Position numbers and translations under genes: made by a program. A stretch of DNA of 64,000 bases from an uncultured Candidatus Saccharibacteria bacterium (lineage in GTDB: Bacteria; Patescibacteriota; Minisyncoccia; Phycocordibacterales; JAKAEA01). The DNA is taken from the NCBI GenBank assembly GCA_964532205.1, contig CAZHGQ010000003.1, positions 4,382 to 68,381 on the forward strand. Reading direction: 5' to 3'. Under the pieces are notes generated by a model. That model worked only from the letters and a program-made list of their open reading frames with translations, was not told the DNA's origin and made no database searches. Below are positions 59,307 to 64,000 of this stretch, in pieces (position 1 is the stretch's first letter; every line of letters starts with the position of its first letter).

Positions 59307-60038
59307 ATGGAATTTAAAAAAGACAATCAAAAAGACAAGGCTTTATCGGTCATTCACTACAACCCCGACCTATTCCAAGGGGAACCTGACCTTTATGTAC
59401 TATACAAAAAGCTCGAGAATATTTCTGCTGCACTATTCCTCGTCTCTCAGTCGCTACCCGAGACAGAAATTTTGAAGAATGAGCTCCGCACCTCATCATT
59501 GCATGGTCTAAAAAGTGTCTTGGCTCTAATAGCTCAAAAGGTTCTTCGAGTAGATGATTTGCAACAGGTTTCGGTACCATTGTTTCAACTCGCATCGGTG
59601 CTGGATGTGGCGGTGTGGTCGGGCTTAGTAAGTCATATGAATGCCACGTTGTTACAGAATGAAATTGGTAATTGTGTAAAGATCATTGAAAACCTCTACG
59701 ACAAATATAAGACAAACTACTTCTTAGATAGTTCATTCTTTAAGACAGATGAAGTTCAGATCAAACCAACAGAAGTTAAGACACCCAAAGTTATAAAGGA
59801 CATATCTAAAGGACAGAATGTAAAGGACAAGTTTGTCTTTCATTCTAAATCAGATCGTCGGGAAAAAATCATGGCTTTGTTGAAAACTAAACCATCAATA
59901 ACCGTCAAAGATGCCGTACTCCTTATGCCAGAATTCAGTGAAAAAACACTTCAACGGGAACTCTTGGCTTTAGTCCAAGAAGGAGTGTTGGCTAAGCAGG
60001 GGGACAGACGCTGGAGTACCTATTCTATAGCACTTTAG
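59307..60038 (+). CDS. Helical-bundle protein with C-terminal DeoR-like winged HTH
   Basis: RREKIMALL, ITVKD, SEKTLQREL..LV..GVL.K.GDRRWSTY; start placed downstream of the promoter. Confidence 0.8.
   Translation: MEFKKDNQKDKALSVIHYNPDLFQGEPDLYVLYKKLENISAALFLVSQSLPETEILKNELRTSSLHGLKSVLALIAQKVLRVDDLQQVSVPLFQLASVLDVAVWSGLVSHMNATLLQNEIGNCVKIIENLYDKYKTNYFLDSSFFKTDEVQIKPTEVKTPKVIKDISKGQNVKDKFVFHSKSDRREKIMALLKTKPSITVKDAVLLMPEFSEKTLQRELLALVQEGVLAKQGDRRWSTYSIAL
59794..59840 (+). repeat. Three direct TAAAGGACA repeats plus an inverted TGTCTTT inside the wHTH gene
   Basis: Copies start at 59794, 59807 and 59821; TGTCTTT at 59834. Confidence 0.75.
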
Positions 60039-60042
60039 GTCG

Positions 60043-60063
60043 ATGACACTCTATAAGTGTCAT
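60043..60063. promoter_or_regulatory. Perfect inverted repeat (operator-like)
   Basis: ATGACACT-CTATA-AGTGTCAT, no T-tract. Confidence 0.45.
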
Positions 60064-60216
60064 ACGATTACTAGGTTGACTTTATGGTCTAAATATGCGA
60101 ATATTGCTGCCTGTGGGCTATCGCTAAAAAAGTCCACAAAATAAGGGTTTTAACCGCTTTGTAAAGGGGTTAGGGCACTTATCCCCATGTAGTTAGCCAT
60201 ATTCTAAATATGTCTA

Positions 60217-60571
60217 TGGTATACTAACGGGAACCATATAGACGGGTGTTTATATGGTGAACTTTGACAATTTAATAGCGAGTTATATTACTGAATTTCC
60301 TCTTTCAGACACGATTGCTTTTCTGTCATTCAGACCAACACTTATTAGCTACTTTCTATCTGTTAATAACAGGTAGAAATTAGTGATCAGTTAAACACAA
60401 CATTTATTGTAACTTTCAGTTGTGTCTAACGTAGTAGTTCTGAGTCATGCATTTGTCGAGAATTGCGTGAACTTAAGAAAAAAGCAAAGTTACTATAATT
60501 TCTACTCAATTTATCAAAATTATTATTAATAGAGTAGAAATATCGGTTAACGTTAACAATATTATAAACGT
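60217..60571 (+). promoter_or_regulatory. Extended -10 promoter and long structured 5' leader
   Basis: TGGTATACT at 60217-60225; hairpins at 60233-60258 and 60353-60379; ACTTTGACAAT at 60261-60271. Confidence 0.5.
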
Positions 60572-62374
60572 ATGTCATCATCAAAAAAGATCGTTGCAGG
60601 CCTTCTCGGTGTTGCAATGGTATTAACTTTGGTAGTCGGCGTTGCAGTTTCTACTGCATCAGCTCAGACATCAACATACACTCGTAACCTTACAATTGGT
60701 TCACGTGGTGCTGATGTTACAGCTCTCCAGACTACTCTCGTTGCAGGTGGTTACCTCAAGGTAGCTCCTACAGGTTATTTCGGTTCATTAACAAAAGCAG
60801 CTTTGGCCGCATGGCAGGCAGCAGTTGGTATTTCACCAGCTTCTGGTTACTTCGGTCCAATCACACGAGCTTACCTCGCTACAGCTCCAGTAACAAATCC
60901 TGGCACACCAAATCCTGGTACAGGCACAGGTACAGTTATGGACGGTACTGACGGTTCAATCACAGTTTCTTCATCACCATTCGTAAGTTCTGGTCAGCAG
61001 ATCAAGAAGGGTGAAACAAAGAACGTGGTTGCTGTTCGCCTCCAGGCTACATCAGGTAAGGTTTCAGTAAACCGCTTCGATGTACATTTCAGCGTTCGAC
61101 CATGGTTGTACTTCAGCCAGGTACAGTTGAAAGATGCTAACGGTACAGTTCTCGCTACAAAGAGCCTCACAAGCGCAGCAGATGCAACAGAAATCACTGT
61201 TGGTTCTGACTACCTTGTTCGCTTCGAAAACGTGAACTACACAGTTACACCTGGTACAGATGGTACTCTCGTAGTAGCAGCTGGTGTTCTTAGCTCAACT
61301 GATAAGCTCACTCAGAACACTTCAGTTACAGTAAGTATTCCATCAGGTGCAATCCGAACATTAAATGGTAAGGGTTACACTGACTCATCACAGCCATCAA
61401 CAACAATCTCAAGCTCAGCAACATTGCTCGCTTCAGGTTCAGTTGGTAATGTGTTGACACGTATCAGTCCAAACAGCCCATCAACTCGAATCCAGCAGAC
61501 ATCTACATCTCAGGTTACATCTAATGTAGTGCTCGGCGTATTCGGTTTGAAGTCTGAAAACAACAATTCAACTATCAACAGTTTGAATTTCAACATCAAT
61601 AACAGCACATCTGCTGCTACATCATCGATCTTCAGCAATGTTCGCTTGGTTGTTGGTGGTACAACTTACGGTGCAAACTCAATCGTTGCAGGTGGTACAA
61701 CATTCACAAACTTGAATATTGCACTCCCTCAGGATCAGTGGGTTGACCTTACTCTCCAGGCTGATGTAGCTCAGAACACAACAAGTGTTTCAGCTTCATC
61801 AACATTGGTAGCTGCAGGTATCAACGGTGTTGACTCAAATTACAACACTGTTACTATCTCAAGTGCTTCAAACGTTTCAAGCTCTGATGTTTCATTCAAC
61901 ACAGCAGCTATTGCGCTCACAAGCTCTTCAGCTAGCTACACATTGTCTGGCGGTACAAACGGTTCAAAGTCAGCAAACGTTGTATTCACATTCACATTGT
62001 CTAACACAGGCAATCAGGATGTATACATCAGCAAGGTTCCTGGCGTAGCTCTCGGTACCTCAACAACAGGTTCAGTAGGCTCACCAGTAGCAGCTTCATC
62101 AACACTCACCTACGTTACAGCTAACCCATCAGAAGGCAACTTGTCAGCTGATACAGGTACAGCTCCTACATCAGGTGTATTCGTTATCCCAACTGGTTCA
62201 TCACGAACATTTACCTACTCAGGTACAGTTGATAACACTAACGGTTCAAACGGTCTCCGAGTATTCAAGATTACTCAGATCAACTTCGGTACTACAACAT
62301 CAAACACAACCGCAGCTAATATTAACTTCGGTTTGAGTAACCTTGTTGTAACACCTTCATTGGTTGGTCAATAA
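60572..62374 (+). CDS. Secreted peptidoglycan-binding Ser/Thr-rich protein, probable major surface (S-layer-like) protein
   Basis: Signal peptide; LTIGSRGADV.ALQ..L and GYFG..T.AA PG-binding motifs; strongly biased codon usage. Confidence 0.75.
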   Translation: MSSSKKIVAGLLGVAMVLTLVVGVAVSTASAQTSTYTRNLTIGSRGADVTALQTTLVAGGYLKVAPTGYFGSLTKAALAAWQAAVGISPASGYFGPITRAYLATAPVTNPGTPNPGTGTGTVMDGTDGSITVSSSPFVSSGQQIKKGETKNVVAVRLQATSGKVSVNRFDVHFSVRPWLYFSQVQLKDANGTVLATKSLTSAADATEITVGSDYLVRFENVNYTVTPGTDGTLVVAAGVLSSTDKLTQNTSVTVSIPSGAIRTLNGKGYTDSSQPSTTISSSATLLASGSVGNVLTRISPNSPSTRIQQTSTSQVTSNVVLGVFGLKSENNNSTINSLNFNINNSTSAATSSIFSNVRLVVGGTTYGANSIVAGGTTFTNLNIALPQDQWVDLTLQADVAQNTTSVSASSTLVAAGINGVDSNYNTVTISSASNVSSSDVSFNTAAIALTSSSASYTLSGGTNGSKSANVVFTFTLSNTGNQDVYISKVPGVALGTSTTGSVGSPVAASSTLTYVTANPSEGNLSADTGTAPTSGVFVIPTGSSRTFTYSGTVDNTNGSNGLRVFKITQINFGTTTSNTTAANINFGLSNLVVTPSLVGQ

Positions 62375-62420
62375 GATCGCTTGAGCATATAGCAACTTCG
62401 GTTACTATAGACTCAGTTAG

Positions 62421-62450
62421 CAAAAAGCCGCCCGCAAGGGCGGCTTTTTG
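62421..62450 (+). terminator. Intrinsic terminator
   Basis: CAAAAAGCCGCCC-GCAA-GGGCGGCTTTTTG. Confidence 0.9.
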
Positions 62451-62517
62451 TTGTCTGGGTTTTTTGCTTTATATATTCTTGATCAGAATTTGATGTTGAT
62501 CGTGCTCAAATGTCTGC

Positions 62518-64000
62518 ATGAAATCAATTAAAGTATTCGTCTGTGTTTTATTATTCATTACACCTAAATTATTATTGGCTGAAACAATTGTTTCTGAAAA
62601 TATTTCAACTGATACCTTTTGGTCGAAGGTACACAGTCCTTATATTATTGATACAACAATTTCAATCGCTCCACATACGAAATTGGTAATTGGTGCAGGT
62701 GTCGAGGTTGTTATGAATGGCACACTAACAAATCTAGGTGAACTGTATGTGGCGGGCACAGATCAGGAGCCGGTGACTATAACCTCGGATCAGAATCCCT
62801 GGTTGCTTAACACTGTTTACACGGCAACTACAACCCTTGAGCACGTGATGGTACACAACCTTAATACACTTTATGCACAGGATGCTTCGCTACATTTAAA
62901 TTCAGTACGTATTTCAGATTCGTTGGGTGGAATTACTGTCAATCATTCTCATTTAAATTTAATCGATAGTCAGATTGCTTCAACCACCGTTTCTTCAATT
63001 GTGGCTTACAATTTTTCAACTTCAACTCTGAAGAATGTGATATTACAGGGTGGAACAGAAAATGGTATTGAAAATTATCTTAATTCCACACTAACAGTTT
63101 CCAACTCGACTATTTCAGGTTTTGCTAAAAGTGGCCTGCTGACGTTTTTGGCCGCCTCTTCATCAGTAACAACTACAAACATTTCCAATAATACTATTGG
63201 TATATACGCCTATAATAATTCGCATGTTTCAATAGATGATTCCGAGGTTAGTAATAATGCTCAATGGGGTATTCAAACTCAATCGCCAGTAACTATTGAG
63301 GCTAAAGAAAATTGGTGGGGCGATACATCTGGTCCATATAATGCCAAACGAAATTCAGCGGGGCTGGGAAATGCTGTGGGTGACGATGTGATTTTTGTGC
63401 CCTGGCAAACACAGCGCGTTTCGGGTGGGACAACCTGCTGCTCAAATGTATTATTTATCCCTGGCTTAGAGGGTAGTCGCTTGTATGATTCAAACGCAAC
63501 GCTGTGGGAACCGGGGTCGAATGCCGATGTTGAGAAATTGTATTTAGATGAATCGGGTCAGAGTATTACTGCAAATATCTATACTAAAGATATTATTGAT
63601 CGGCCAAAACTTTTAGGTCTGTCAGTCGGGCAAAGTATTTATTCCGGCTTCATCTCATTTCTCAATCGTCTGATTACTCAAGGTAGCGTTACCAGTTGGC
63701 AAGCGTTTGCCTACGACTGGCGTCACGACCCCATGGCCATCGCCCGGTCAGGAACACTGACAGACACGAACGGCACACTTTCTACACTCGAACAAAATCT
63801 TCAAGGCCTCGCTCAAACATCTAAGACAGGTAAGGTGACGATTATTGCTCATAGTAATGGTGGTTTGATAGCCAAATCATTCATTAAATATTTAACTGAG
63901 GCTGGTAAGACCTCGTTATTAGATGTTATTGATACGTTAGTTTTAGTAGCAGTGCCCGAACTTGGTTCACCTTTGGCTGTGCCAGCATTGTTGCATGGTT
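62518..64000 (+). CDS. Partial secreted protein: right-handed beta-helix plus alpha/beta-hydrolase (lipase/LCAT-like); not in the ORF track because it lacks a stop in the window
   Basis: Hand translation: MKSIKVFVC signal, W....SPY, ENWWGDTSGP, VLFIPGLEGSRLY, AYDWR, IIAHSNGG. Confidence 0.8.
   Translation, partial: MKSIKVFVCVLLFITPKLLLAETIVSENISTDTFWSKVHSPYIIDTTISIAPHTKLVIGAGVEVVMNGTLTNLGELYVAGTDQEPVTITSDQNPWLLNTVYTATTTLEHVMVHNLNTLYAQDASLHLNSVRISDSLGGITVNHSHLNLIDSQIASTTVSSIVAYNFSTSTLKNVILQGGTENGIENYLNSTLTVSNSTISGFAKSGLLTFLAASSSVTTTNISNNTIGIYAYNNSHVSIDDSEVSNNAQWGIQTQSPVTIEAKENWWGDTSGPYNAKRNSAGLGNAVGDDVIFVPWQTQRVSGGTTCCSNVLFIPGLEGSRLYDSNATLWEPGSNADVEKLYLDESGQSITANIYTKDIIDRPKLLGLSVGQSIYSGFISFLNRLITQGSVTSWQAFAYDWRHDPMAIARSGTLTDTNGTLSTLEQNLQGLAQTSKTGKVTIIAHSNGGLIAKSFIKYLTEAGKTSLLDVIDTLVLVAVPELGSPLAVPALLHG

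Overview
Chromosomal window from a Candidate Phyla Radiation bacterium, most likely Parcubacteria (OD1). The assignment is inferred from gene content: rplK without adjacent rplA, IleRS with an inserted phosphatase domain, giant GIGTTxP-repeat surface proteins and leaderless promoters. Layout: 1-14.4 kb envelope and membrane genes (uppP, DedA, DoxX, DsbB/thioredoxin, PAP2, ECF sigma), plus a PEP-CTERM-like gene and a 6S-RNA-like hairpin; secE-nusG-rplK; a WxL/Csc-like surface operon; a membrane-tethered HTH gene and a 4746-aa fibre-like protein with internal DNA repeats and autocleaving chaperone domains; a nucleotide island at 34.5-39.9 kb; housekeeping genes (argS, ileS, recO, glyQS, metG, tatD, rpsF-ssb-rpsR, efp, recA, ftsK); a wHTH gene carrying internal repeats; a probable major surface protein with a long structured leader; and a partial secreted lipase. 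The top candidate for an undescribed system is the nucleotide island. A HIGH-family nucleotidyltransferase and a two-domain cytidine deaminase converge on an HxHxQ HIT enzyme, DHFR and a thymidylate synthase that lacks two phosphate-binding arginines. This suggests thymidylate synthesis on a nucleotidylated (capped) substrate, which is an untested hypothesis. All calls were made by eye, with no database searches.
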